This document shows positions 39,053 to 51,700 of a DNA stretch of 64,000 bases, piece by piece. Source of the stretch: Haliotis rufescens (lineage: Eukaryota); assembly GCF_023055435.1 (NCBI RefSeq), contig NW_025963779.1, forward strand, positions 21,452,001 to 21,516,000, given 5' to 3'. The translations under genes were made by a program, and so were the position numbers. The notes under the pieces are model-generated. The model was not told the origin of the DNA and searched no databases. It saw only the letters and a list, made by a program, of their open reading frames with translations. The stretch's first letter is position 1, and each line of letters starts with the position of its first letter.

Positions 39053-39398
39053 TGAGGTGAGGTGAGGTGAAATGGGGTTTAACGTCGCGTCCAAGATTAT
39101 TGCACTTATATAGCGACGTGCACGCACGTGTATGTGTGTGTGTGGCTGCTTGTACTAGTCCGGACTAATGCCGATTTATAGACCTAGCACACTGAGATAC
39201 CATGCCGCAGTTTAACATGAATACCCCACTCAGACACAGTATACTGACTCCGAGCCGACCAGTCCTTGTTTAAGCCCCTTAATGCCGAGCGCCAGACAGG
39301 GTAACAACAAGTACCATCTTTTAACGTCTTTTGGTATAACGCGGCCTGGGATCGAACCCCGGACCTTCCGCTCTACCACTGGACCACGGAGGCGGTCT
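39053..39398 (-). mobile_element. tRNA-derived SINE family B
   Basis: Reverse complement of the 61332-61686 copy, with a (CACCT)n tail and tRNA-like head. Confidence 0.9.
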
Positions 39399-40154
39399 AT
39401 ATTCAATGAAAGGGTTAGTGGGTGAGTTAGGTTTATGCCACTTTGAACTGTATTTCAGTTAAATTACGGCATGCGATGCAGATCTGAGACGTGTGCCACT
39501 TTGGTGAAACACACGAACACGGATAAGGTGCTGACAGGGCGAACCTGGGATTGGACCCCTAGATGTCTTGCACACCCAAAGGAAGCCACTCTGAACATCG
39601 AATTGGGCGACTCGGGCATCCGTGCCCCCCGTGATGAATAGCGTACAAGGAACGAAAACAAAACTAACTCAGTTGTGACAGGTCGGTAGCTCAGGAAATG
39701 TAACTTTTATTTGGACAACGACATATGTACATATTTACAGGGTGAGATATCACGAAACATTTCAAATATAAGAAAGAGATCGATAGGTGTAGGATATGAC
39801 CCAGTCTGTGCACCAACATGTATTCAACCTCTTAATACTGTGTGTCCATATGTTCCCAGGCTAATGGAAAGGTACAAATACCACTGTCAATACTCAATAA
39901 GGCGAGTTTAGTTGCCTTCAGTAGTTAACCTGCCATGGACAAAAAAATGAAAGCCTACCCTATTTAGGTAATATATAACACGCGGTCAGTCCGGGGTTAA
40001 TACTGCTAGGAAACAAATACACACATATTTTCCAATACCAGTTAAGTCAGAAGCTAACACTTAACAACGTATCTAAAATACCATATAGTTCATGCATGCT
40101 ACTCAAAAGAAGTTAAGAACACACGGTTCTTTGATGTTACTATATTACCATAGT

Positions 40155-40216
40155 TATATATATATATTATATATATATATTATATATATATATATTATAT
40201 ATATATATATATATAT
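40155..40216. repeat. (TA)n microsatellite
   Basis: Interrupted TA run. Confidence 0.95.
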
Positions 40217-40826
40217 AAATCGGGTGCTCTTCACTTCTTTTGAGCAGTTGCTTTACGTATGCAGTGTTTGACATTCTGGATGTAAAGAATATGCTTATCT
40301 TTCATAGTAAATGCTTTCAGTATTGTATTCTACATGCGATCGACATACAGTTTGCCTGAAGCGACTTGCTGATAAGCTGTCGGTGTTGTTTGATGGGCGC
40401 GGTAGGATGTGGTCTTTGGTTTGGATGAGGAAAGGGTATGTGTCCTCTACATGGAGGAAGATGACGGTGGATTGGTGGTGTCCATGGCGAAGTGGTGTTC
40501 TGACTCCAAGTAGCTACTTGATACTAAGTTGATAAGCGTCTTATATGTGGATATACCTGGAGTTCATCAACAAGGAAACTGATGGATGTAGAAAAAGTAA
40601 CACGTGGTTGTAAAAGAATATTTTCTGTATTCCGCACAAACATCAACATGACGTATTGCCAGGCTAACCATTTGCTGCAAGTACTGCAATTATGCATGGC
40701 ACTTTGTTACGGATTTGAGACATAACTGCACAGACGCAGTAATTCGTACAATATACGTTACCAGTAGATTTGACATTTTTTGCAATCCTTTGGAGACGTG
40801 AAAATTATTCAGAGTTCTCCATTTAG

Positions 40827-40925
40827 GGTGAGTGAGTGAGTTGGGTTTAACGCCGCTTTTAACAGAATTCCAGTTATATCACGGAGTGTCATCTTAACGT
40901 GGGAGGAAAACCCGAAGTGATGAAT
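40827..40925 (-). mobile_element. SINE family C 3' fragment
   Basis: GTGAGTGAGTTGGGTTTAACGCCGCTTTT...GTGGGAGGAAA matches the 44315 copy. Confidence 0.75.
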
Positions 40926-42651
40926 CCCTTTAGGAGAAGGCCTCGAAAGTGTGTCACTTTTGCCTAATTCCTTGGATTTTTCGCAATAAAATCAATTAAA
41001 TCAAATCAGTAATCCCTTTCAAAATTTCCCCCAAAAGAGCGATGGAAATCCAATGGTAAAAAGATTGAAACTTTTGCTTGAGGTGATAAATAACTGGCAA
41101 GCGATTCCGTGCAGTAACCAAGCAATATTTCACAGATTCCGTATTCTGTCGAAATTATTAGTGTGTTAATGATTAAATAATCAGTACACGTAAATATTAT
41201 TTTTGACGTATTCATTTATAAAGATGGTCTTCAATATGATTTGCGGCGTTATATTTCATGGAGTTATAAAGGTTAACGCCGGTGTGCACTCTTTGCGAAA
41301 ATAAGCTACGCGGATTTACACAATATGAACACCGATGTTTCCATTCACACCTCCATAAAGGCTTAAACATATTAAAGTCAATTCTTAAATGGATTCAGTG
41401 AACATGGTGCGGCTTTAACAATATTACATAAATACCACGGACACCAATAGAGGGCGGCATGCAGTGAACGCATATCGGGGAAATCTACCCGGGTCTTTTG
41501 TGTGGCGAACGCTGTGCCTTCTCGGCCGGCCCCCCGCACCGCCCTATTTGTAGTTCGTAGGGATGGAGGCCATGTTGATATACTATCCTAAATGCTACAG
41601 CCGTGATAGGTGATGGGCATTGTAGGATCAGTGATGAGTATTGCCAGATGTCATACGGGCTCTGAGCAAGGATGGTGTCGGGCGGGCCAGTGATAATTAC
41701 AGCATTTCATATAAACGTAAACACGTTGCCATTCATTATGAAGAGGTTGAACATCATGTATATACGAAATCATAAATAATAAATAATATTTACTCTCGGG
41801 GAGGAGGGGAAGGAGGGAACGGGGAATTCATCATGATAACAAACAATATGATCACTCTTCTTAAATGTGCAAAAACAACCATCCAAAGTACGAGATTGCT
41901 AAAAAAGGTATAGTTTACAAAATTGTGAACACGAGGCGAGAAAGAAAACACATTCTATCACAATGGATAATATATCCGTCCGTCTCTCCAGAGCACTCAC
42001 GAAGCAGTGGAACAATAGGGGACCCAAACATGTATAAATAATTCCGTCTTTTGCCGTCCTCAACACAAGGCGGTAGAATGTTCCTGCCGTGGCCATCTCC
42101 TCCCGCTGGTCTGGTCTAATCCGACATAAACCGTGACATGTCCTCTGATTGACCGTCATTAACTGACGGCCCCATTATACTGGATATGATATATTCACCA
42201 TTTGCAATAAGGAGTTCTGGGACATCTTGTTATAGCTGCACTGTCGTTGCAGGAAGTTCTAGCTCCGTGAGTCATTGGTAAATACATCCTCTGTCGCTTA
42301 AACATAGACAACAATCCCGGAAACAATGTAAATATTCCTTTTTGGAATTCTCTTCAGTGAAAGTGTTATCCGACTATATATAAAAAGGTGATTTGCTAAA
42401 TAGTGCATCCTTTGTGCTTGACAGAGAACAACATACGGTAGATGGAATGTGAACTGTGACCTTGTCTGTTGTGCACAAGGGGCCCAATGACCTTGACCTT
42501 CTTCCTTAACCTCGACCTTGTCCCAGAAGAGAACCAATGGTCTCTGTTTATTGCCTAAGAAGGAAGTCTTCAAGGTATCACATCATCTCAAGATTTGGCG
42601 GGACAAGGGAAAAGAACCGAAAACACTTAAATGTTTCTTTTAAGGAACGTT

Positions 42652-42764
42652 TCATTTCTTCTTCTTTTGACTGTCTTGACTTGAGCTATGTGCAGTTGCC
42701 TCCCCTGAACCGACATCCTTTGGAAACAATGGGAAACTAAGACCACCCATTAGTTTGTTAAATT
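42652..42764 (-). CDS. Calmodulin-like gene, last coding exon (end of EF4 plus C-terminal tail)
   Basis: Acceptor GTTTTATTATTTTCAG. Completes FD-EFNKLM, the equivalent of calmodulin YEEFVQMM, then reads to KKKK-TGA. AATAAA candidate at 42552-42547. Confidence 0.8.
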
Positions 42765-45700
42765 CTGAAAATAATAAAACAAATATATTAATAAGTGTTT
42801 TCATAAGTGAGTTGGGTTTAACTCCGCTTTGAACAGTATTAGATGCTGTCTTTGGCGACACGCACGACAAGAGACATACTCAAGAAACAGGGAATCGAAC
42901 CCAGGGTGTAAGGAACGCAACTCACTCAGCGAATTACGGTCCCTTAAACGACTGGAGCACCTGCTCCCGTCCCCCAGCACAAAAAGAAAATGTCGCAGAG
43001 TATAGTGAGGGTTTGTGGTGTAGCACGGTAGGTAGGAGTTTGATTCCCAAAATGGCAACAGACTAAGACTACCAAAGTCTGAACTTAACTCCCTTCGTCA
43101 CAACAACAGAGGGGCTATGTTCAAGACTTCTAGACACATGCCTTAACCATGTTTGCATTTCATAATTCAACTTCCGTCGTTCTTCGAGCGCGTGAATGAA
43201 ATTCCAGGAACAATCTTGGTACGGTGGCAAATAGCGTGTTGAATTTACAGTTAAATCCAAACAGCCAAATAAACTCTAAAATATCAATTCAAAGAGTAAA
43301 ATGTCATGTTTAAAAGTGCTTCCTGTGTAAAGAAAACGAGCTTGATGAGCTCATGTTCTCGTATAGCTAGTTGAACTCCTTAATTTACAAGCGTCGCGAG
43401 CTTCTTGCCATAATTAAAGCAAGTGAAACTGTTGGAATAGACACAGCGCTGGTTTTATGGACGGCGGAACTATTCACAGTGTCAAGGCACAAAATGAGTC
43501 GGACTACACACCAGACAGGTGAAAAGCCATTTTGTTTTCATCGTTATTGAACTTACATGGGATAACCATGTTGTCAAAGCGATGGCTCTTCAAGCCGATT
43601 GCACGCGTTCCATTCTCTACGTGTACAATTAATGAAGCCATTCTTTGAAGACAGTCGTCGTGACGTGTTCTTGCTAGGTCTGTTTTACGCAACAGTGGGC
43701 AAGTTTAAGTTATATCATGGTATCCTGTGAACAAAAAGTCTGGGTCAGGCATACCAGTTGATGAATGGCAATATGACCAATGTCCTTCACCTTCGGGATA
43801 CCATGACATATCGACTGACCGCGTATCAATATTTCTGTCTGCTCTTACCACAACCACGAGTTATTGTGGCCATGACATGAACTCACAGGACACACTTTCG
43901 CATATTTTTTTATGAGCATATTTGGTAAGTATATTTTTCGGGACTGACCAATTTGTTGCTGCTGGTTTTGATGTTGCCATTTGGAAAGATGTATTTCTTT
44001 GTTTGACAAAATCTGTTAACTCCACATCCATGCCACCTTGTCACCGCGTATGAACTGTTTCAAACTCATTAAGTGGTAAATTTGCATGATTGGCTTGAGC
44101 TTGTGTGTCTTCCAGGGAAATTGGATTTAGAAGGTCAACTTTGATCACTTTATTGATCATTTTGGAACAAGGAGCCGACTCCCTTCAGTAAGTGGGTCCC
44201 TGTGGATCCGTGGTAAAACATAATTAGGTCGGGAGTGGGCGGTATGAGGACGTTTTTGCCCGCTTATCTCCCTTTACGCACACAGTAATTTCGCTATTTC
44301 GACATCAGTGATGGGTGAGTGAGTGAGTGAATTGGGTTTAACGCCGCTTTTAACATTATTCCAGTTATATCACGGCGTGCCAGCTTAATGTGGGAGGAAA
44401 GCCCGAAGCGATGCAGGTCTCAGGCGTTTAACAAATCTAGAAACATAATCGGGGCGAACCGGGATTCGAACCCACAATCATAGGTTTCTGGCGTGACCAA
44501 GGGACGCAACTCTGCACAGCGAATCGCGGCGCCTAAGACGACTGGACCACCTGTGCCCCCTCATCAGTGATGGTGTCACTGTGTCAGGATCGACATCACA
44601 ACATTCAGTGACAGACTGAGTCATCTAAACGATGAAAATACGCATACATTAATAGTTCGCTTGTTTTTAGGTCTGGTAGACTTGGTTGAGCAATTAGTAA
44701 ACATGTTCTACGGGGATTGCGGTTGGGGTAAAAACACAGTTTAGTAGTCTAAACCTCCCTTGAAACAAAACTGATTATAGTGGCTAATGCGGAAATCGTG
44801 TCATTAGATAATCACTTGGGGGCGATTCTCTAGCTTCTCCCTATTCGACGCAAGTTTGGCGGCAGGGGTCTATAGACAAGAAACCCCTAACAAGCAACAT
44901 AACAGTCCCATCATGCACAGTCCTGGGCCCGTGTTCGTAATCAATCGTGCTATTTTCTTCGATGCTACAAGCGAAGAAACCTCAAATTAATGGCTGGGTT
45001 TCGCTGTTGAGAACAAGCTCCACCAATTTACAATGAGCCGAAGTATAATGTTGAAAGAAGACTCGAAAAAACATTAGTGTCCAATTGGGCGAGTTTTACT
45101 GTTTCTGCAAACGGTATTATGGTTTAGGAACTTTTTGAAAACCATAAACAGACATCACGTTTTATCTGGCCAAGCATCCATGGAAGGTTATGAATGAGTA
45201 TGAAATTAGGAAACGTAATATTCTCATGAAACATAACCAATGCAGTCAACCAATTTCATGTAGCTTTCATCAGACTCACGGCATGTCTCGCGGGCTGCAG
45301 CGTGGCAGTGTAGCACTACGTATTGAAAGAGATGTGTGCAATCTCGCCTTTGATCTACTGGAATATCAGGGCTATTTACACAGATGGTCAGATATTCTTC
45401 ATTAGCTACAAATCACATGTAACACCCACTGTACACGACAAGCTACTGTTCTGATGCATTGCCTAACAGTTTAGTTTTGTCCCTGAAATTGATATAACAT
45501 CTTCAACTATCATAGGTCTGTGTTAAAGTATGAGCGTCCTGCTTAACGTCTTCACCAGGGTTTAGCGTCCTCGTGTACCACGGCATAACGTCGTCATGTA
45601 CCAGAGTTTGTTTACCATAGTCAGGAACCATGGCTTAACGTCGTCATGGCATGTCATCGGCATAACGCGTTCATGTAACAGGGTTAACGTCCTCATGTCC

Positions 45701-48700
45701 CGTGGCTTAAAGCCGTCACGCACATCGGCTTAACGTCATGTACCACGGCTTAACGTCATGTACCACGGCTTAACGTCATGTACCACGGCTCCACGTCGCA
45801 TGTACCGGCACGGCTCAACGCCATCATGTACCACGGCTTAACGCCATCATGTACCACGGCTTAACGCCATCATGTACCACGGCTCAACGTCGCATATACC
45901 ACGGCTTAACGACATCATGTCCCACGGCTCAACGTCGCATGTACCACGGCTTAACGCCATCATGTACCACGGCTTAACGCCATCATGTACCACGGCTAAA
46001 CGCCATCATGTACCACGGCTAAACTCCGTCATGTGTCACTGCTTTACGCCACCATGTACGACTATGATTATAGCCGTCGGGTCAGCATGACATACCATCA
46101 ACAAGGTCACACACGGAACATGCGAACACCCTACCCACAGAGCTACTTCGTAAACAACAACCATGTAATATACTATTCCATACAAGTTAACTGGAAGGTG
46201 TGTGCTGCAATGCCAACCCAACTATAGTCATGTGACAAAAATCACGTGTTCTTTATTTCACTTACTTTGTGCAATATGATTGGGTTGTATAGCTCAGTTT
46301 TAACACATTCTAAATGATACATCTTATCATCGAATGAATGAGTGAGTGTCGCCTTTAGCCTCATCAGAAAAAGCAGCATACATTGTACCCAAGTTGGAAA
46401 TCAACCAAGGTCCAATCTTTAACAACTGCGCTACACCACCGCCACCTCCTCATCTATCATGTGATTTAGTCTTGTTTGTCTGTTTGTTTGTTTGCCGCTT
46501 AACGCCGCACTCAGGAATATTTCATCTTCAGACGGCGGTCTGTAAATTATCGAGTCTGGAACAGGCAATCCAGAGCATCGATCCACGCAATTGGGATACG
46601 ATGACGTGCATCAACCCAGTCAGCAAGCCTGACCAACCGATTCCGTTAGTCGCGTCTTACGACAAACATATTCGCCTTTTATTATGTGATTAAAGTATTA
46701 GAACTGTATCGTATTTCCTACCGTCGAAATCTATCAAGCCATCGCCATTGAGGTCGGCCAGCTGGAACATAGCCTTCACATCCTCCTCCTCAAGGTTCTC
46801 CCCGAGACGTCGCATGACGTACCGCAGTTCGTGCTTGTCGATGTAGCCGTTACCGTCCATGTCGAACACTTTAAAGGTCTCCTTCGTCTTCTCCTCCGCC
46901 TCTGTCACCTCTGCTTCTGCGCGTGCGGCGTGGTTGGCCGCCCAGCGCTTCATTAAGATAAGGAATTCGTCGTATTCTACAAAACCGTTTTCTGGAAATA
47001 GACAAATGTTTATTGATTAATATTAATATATAATAAGCACTTATGTGTCCTTGTGTTCCGTGTTCCGCACGAGTAAATATTTCTATACTTATAACCATTC
47101 GTCCTTAACACATAATATGTAATTACTATGTTTTTATGCAAATTAATATTCACATCATCAATGCATCAACGGATACGACATATGGTGTTCTAAACAGTCG
47201 TTGTTCATTGTATTGAAGCTGAAAACGTTTTGGCCTACATCTTTGATGACAGGTATTAATATATATTGGCAATGGGTTAACCGTCACTATTATTTTCTCA
47301 TCAATATGAGAGATACGATACCCTAAAACATCTGTTAATCTCATTAGTTTCATGTGTTAACCGAGCGCCACACATCTCTGACGAACATGGTGTTTAATTA
47401 ACACAACCTGGGAGACTCATCACCCATGTGCTGACGCACCCACGTGACCGCCCACCACGTGACCTTGTACGTGCTTGCACGTGCGAGACCAATGGAGTCG
47501 GGGCTTATCACTCATGAACGCCCGCGCCACGACAAGCCAATTGAGCTTTAAGAGGTACACAGCTTGTACACTTAAGTATGATCCGACAACTTCACTTGTC
47601 GTAAGAGTGTGAGGTTGGAGAATATTAACGGAAAAGACATACTTTATAACCGTTCAAAATTATAATTAAAAACAAGTCGTACAGCCATTTCAACAGCATT
47701 CCTCACGACAACGGTACATGATAACAATTGAGTGAATGAATGAGTGAGTGAGTGAAGTTGATATAATGTGAGGGAACGCCCAAATGTACCCAATTCGAAG
47801 TCGTTGCGACCGCCTCCGTGCACTGGCGAAAAGTGCAATAATCTTGGACGCGATGCAATAAACTCAATTTCCCTTCACCTTGTAGACGTTGCAGACTTTG
47901 GCGAAACCCTCGAGCACGGTCATGGTGTTCACAAATTAATGCAAGCTTGGTAACGAAAAGAGGTATAATGCAAAAAAAATGACAATGATGACTAAAAATA
48001 GTCACAAAGAGTCTAAGTGGCTTTCCCAGTGATTAAATACTACTCAAAAGAAGTTAGGATCAATCGATCTTTTTCATATGACTATGGATAATCTCTCATG
48101 GCTGGTCGCTATTGCAACACACAGCCTACAACCTTCCAGGTTTTTAACTTGTTTTGAGTGGTATACACACATGTTTAAGGATAACGAACTTATTTAAAAA
48201 AATAATTTTAAGCTTTTGGCACAGTCCCTTCATTTCACCGTTATATGTCTGTACCAGTACTAGTACCGTCTGTGTTTATTACATCTCGAAAGATAAGTGT
48301 TTTATCAACAGCTTAGACAATGAATACGACTCCTTGCTTTTGGAGCACTTCCCAAACCGTCTCGCCCCGATCAGGCACTCAGTCAGCTGACTTAATGTAG
48401 CCCCGTTCTTTTTTTTCGCGCGGCAGGTTCCGTGACTGTGCAAGGTGAGTTTCACACGAGCAGAGATTACTCCGCAAGCCAAAGTAATCCCATCTGGTGA
48501 TTGTAAATGACTGGAAGCGTTGGTCTGGACAGGCCCATGCTATTCACACAGACGAGGACGAGAACGCTTTTAGAATGGGCTTTAATTATTGATACTGTCT
48601 TCCTTGCTGTGGATGGTCGGAGCGTCAAGTAAGACCACACCATTTCTTCAAACCCAGGAATAGTTCATAATATAACACGAAGATTAGGAATAAATATAGA

Positions 48701-51700
48701 AGTTTTAAAATAACACAGTCTCCTTTCAACAAACTGATACCAGAGTTAAGGACCGTTTAGAACAGATTCCGCGTATTTTTACATAACGAGGCTGCTCATA
48801 TAGTTTGAAAGTAATACTTCATTTTTCCTCTCTGGGAACACTATTATTGAAAAAGAAATAAGTTTTTTCTTCGTTGAAAATATTTCATCAATAGTGGACG
48901 AGAATGTAGAATTAGGAAACTGAACTGGTTAATACCAAAGTATACGAAGAAGTACGACCAAATGTTGCAACTACTAGTAGTTGAAGCGTTTTTTCGCGAA
49001 CTTAAGACCAGGTAGACGATGAACGCGTTTCTGATCACCACTTTTGCTTACCATTTTTATCGGCATTTTTTATCATCTCTTCTACTTCCGGTTGCGTATA
49101 ATCGTGACCGAGTGACCTGAGTACACATCCAAGCTCTTCACAGGATATCTTGCCATCGTTGTTCTTGTCAAACAGGTCAAAAGCTTGTTTGAGTTCTGTA
49201 AAAAGAAATGCACGGAGTTTAGACTCATTAAGTCAAGCGAAGTCATTAAAAAGGGTCATAAGAGGAGCCTAAAAAACACAATAGAAAACACAGTCAGGGC
49301 TCGCACTGTTAGCAGTTCTAATAGCGTGATTACCTGGAACCTGAATAAGACAATACAAAGCCTGTTTGCATTCCCTCTGTTTACATTCAATTTTAACCTG
49401 GATAAGGCAATCAAGAATTTCGATTGATGGGCAAATTCAAAGGGTGGTTCTGTGAGAGTGGAGCCTTATATTTACATCGATGTGCCGATACAATGTTGCA
49501 AATATATAACAACACGTGACATTCTTGCCAAGCCTTCGCACATGCCGAGAAATCGATGAATTCCCATGACAAAGGACACATTCTACAAGAGCTTTTATCA
49601 TTTATCAGAAAATGCTTTGTTGAGGAAAATGTACGAAGGAATATTTTCAAAGCACAGGAAATCCCCTTCGGCTCTAAGAAGTATAACGCTTATCGATTTA
49701 GAATATCAAACAAACTTTATGTCTTTCTAATCATTGAAGATTCTCAAGAAACCAGTGCAGGAGCCTCCAATTTCTAAATTTACGTTTCAAAGATGAGCTG
49801 CAATCATAGCGGAATTGCCATAATCCGAAAATAACATGACTCCATTGACGTAAGACTGTTAGCAATAGTCTAAATCTTGTAATCTTCGATAGCGAATTCC
49901 AGTCAGCATCGACGTCACAAAATGGTTGTGTTCACCGTCGTGGCATGCTTCATGTGCTGGGCGCTGCGACCGTATCGGTAGTCGGCGTGGTCATTGCGTG
50001 TTGTTCTTGCCCATAATGTACCTTCTTAAGAAGATGCATGTGACAGCCACTTAGAGCAGAGTAGAATACCAGCCGTTCATCACCCAATCATCCGGGCCTG
50101 TTGCAGAGCACAGAGTTCTTTGTCTGCCAATTATATCACAAAGACTACTGACTTTAAAGCAAGGAACCCTGGCTGAACAAATGAATGCATCGTCATTATC
50201 AAGTTCGATAAACTCCAGTTGAATGAATATCTTTCCGACGAAAGGACTTTAAGTCAACAGTATCAATATTTAAAAAATAAACGAGTATTACTGACAAAGA
50301 TACACACGTTTTTCAAGCTAAAATATGTAATATATCGAAAACATGAACAACAGAGCGCGACGAATTGCAAAGAAAGAAGTATTCGGACGCAATGCGCCGC
50401 TACGTGACGTTTTGCTCCTTGTCACATGCTATCGCGTTTTAATTTTTGTTTATTTGTTGTTTAACAAGTCTGGACCAGACAATCCAGAGATTGATATCAT
50501 GAGCATCGATCTACACAATTGGGTGCAATGCATCAGCCACGTCAGAGAGCGAGGCCACCCGATCCCGTTAGTCGCCTCTTACGACAAGCAAAGTCGGCTT
50601 ATACGGCAAGCTTTGGTTACTGAAGACCTATTCCGTATGCGGATCTTCACGGGTCTGTCATCGCGTGATTCTGTGTTCATCGTCACTTGATGATTAGTTG
50701 ATTAGTTGAGCCCAATCCTGCGTTTCTGTTTCCATGGCGTTACATAAATTATAAATAATATTTCCACACGCAAGCAAGCATAGCGCAGACACGTTGTGAA
50801 CCCACGTTGACGTCATTAGGCTGGATTTTGGCAACAAACGTCAATCGTGAACTTTAAATTCTCTTACATGGTCGTACCATATATTTATGATTGATACTGG
50901 ATTATAATGAACGCGTGTACGGCTGGGCTGTTAATACATCCGATTACAAGGCCTGAGAACGCCGAGTACACTCTGTCCAATAACCTATGAAGTAGCTAAT
51001 CGTGCGGGTGTGTACCGTACTCAGCGTCTCCTCAATCATACGAATATCTCACAAGATATGGAAGGGCCGAACAAATGAAATCGATTTACCAAAACGGAAT
51101 TGGCAAAAATAACACCTCAGAGAAATCGTGATCGCCGGAATTATTTGTGGACATTGATCTGCTCTTAAGAACCTCAATGGAGTCACGTGTCACATGCAAG
51201 AGGGGAGGGGGCGTAATAACGAGGGAGTACGTGTTACATAGAATAGCCTTCTCGTAATAACGAGTGGCATGTGTTACAGGAAAGGTTGTGGATTAGTAAA
51301 GAGGTGCGCGGGGTCAAGGCTGGTGTTGAGATACAGAATTAATCTCTGGTATTACTGAGGTCTTAGCACGGTCGACAATAGCTTCGAGATATGTCCAGGC
51401 CAGATGGAGTGGATGTACTTATATTGAACCCTAGGACTTCAATATTACAATACTAATGCATACGACGGCGTTTCAGTGGTATAAGTGGTATGAATGGCCG
51501 TCCCCGGGCCCGACATCTTAAGTGGGTGGGGCTTGTCTCCAACAACACCACAAGTACATACCGTGACATGGTTGAGGTAGGTATAGCACTAGACGGAAGA
51601 ACCATGGCAAGATGGTTCACTCGACGCTTACAAGTGTGGCGGGCGTGTCACCAAGGACAACCACCAAGACGTCGATGAGTAATGATTTGAGAGATACAAC

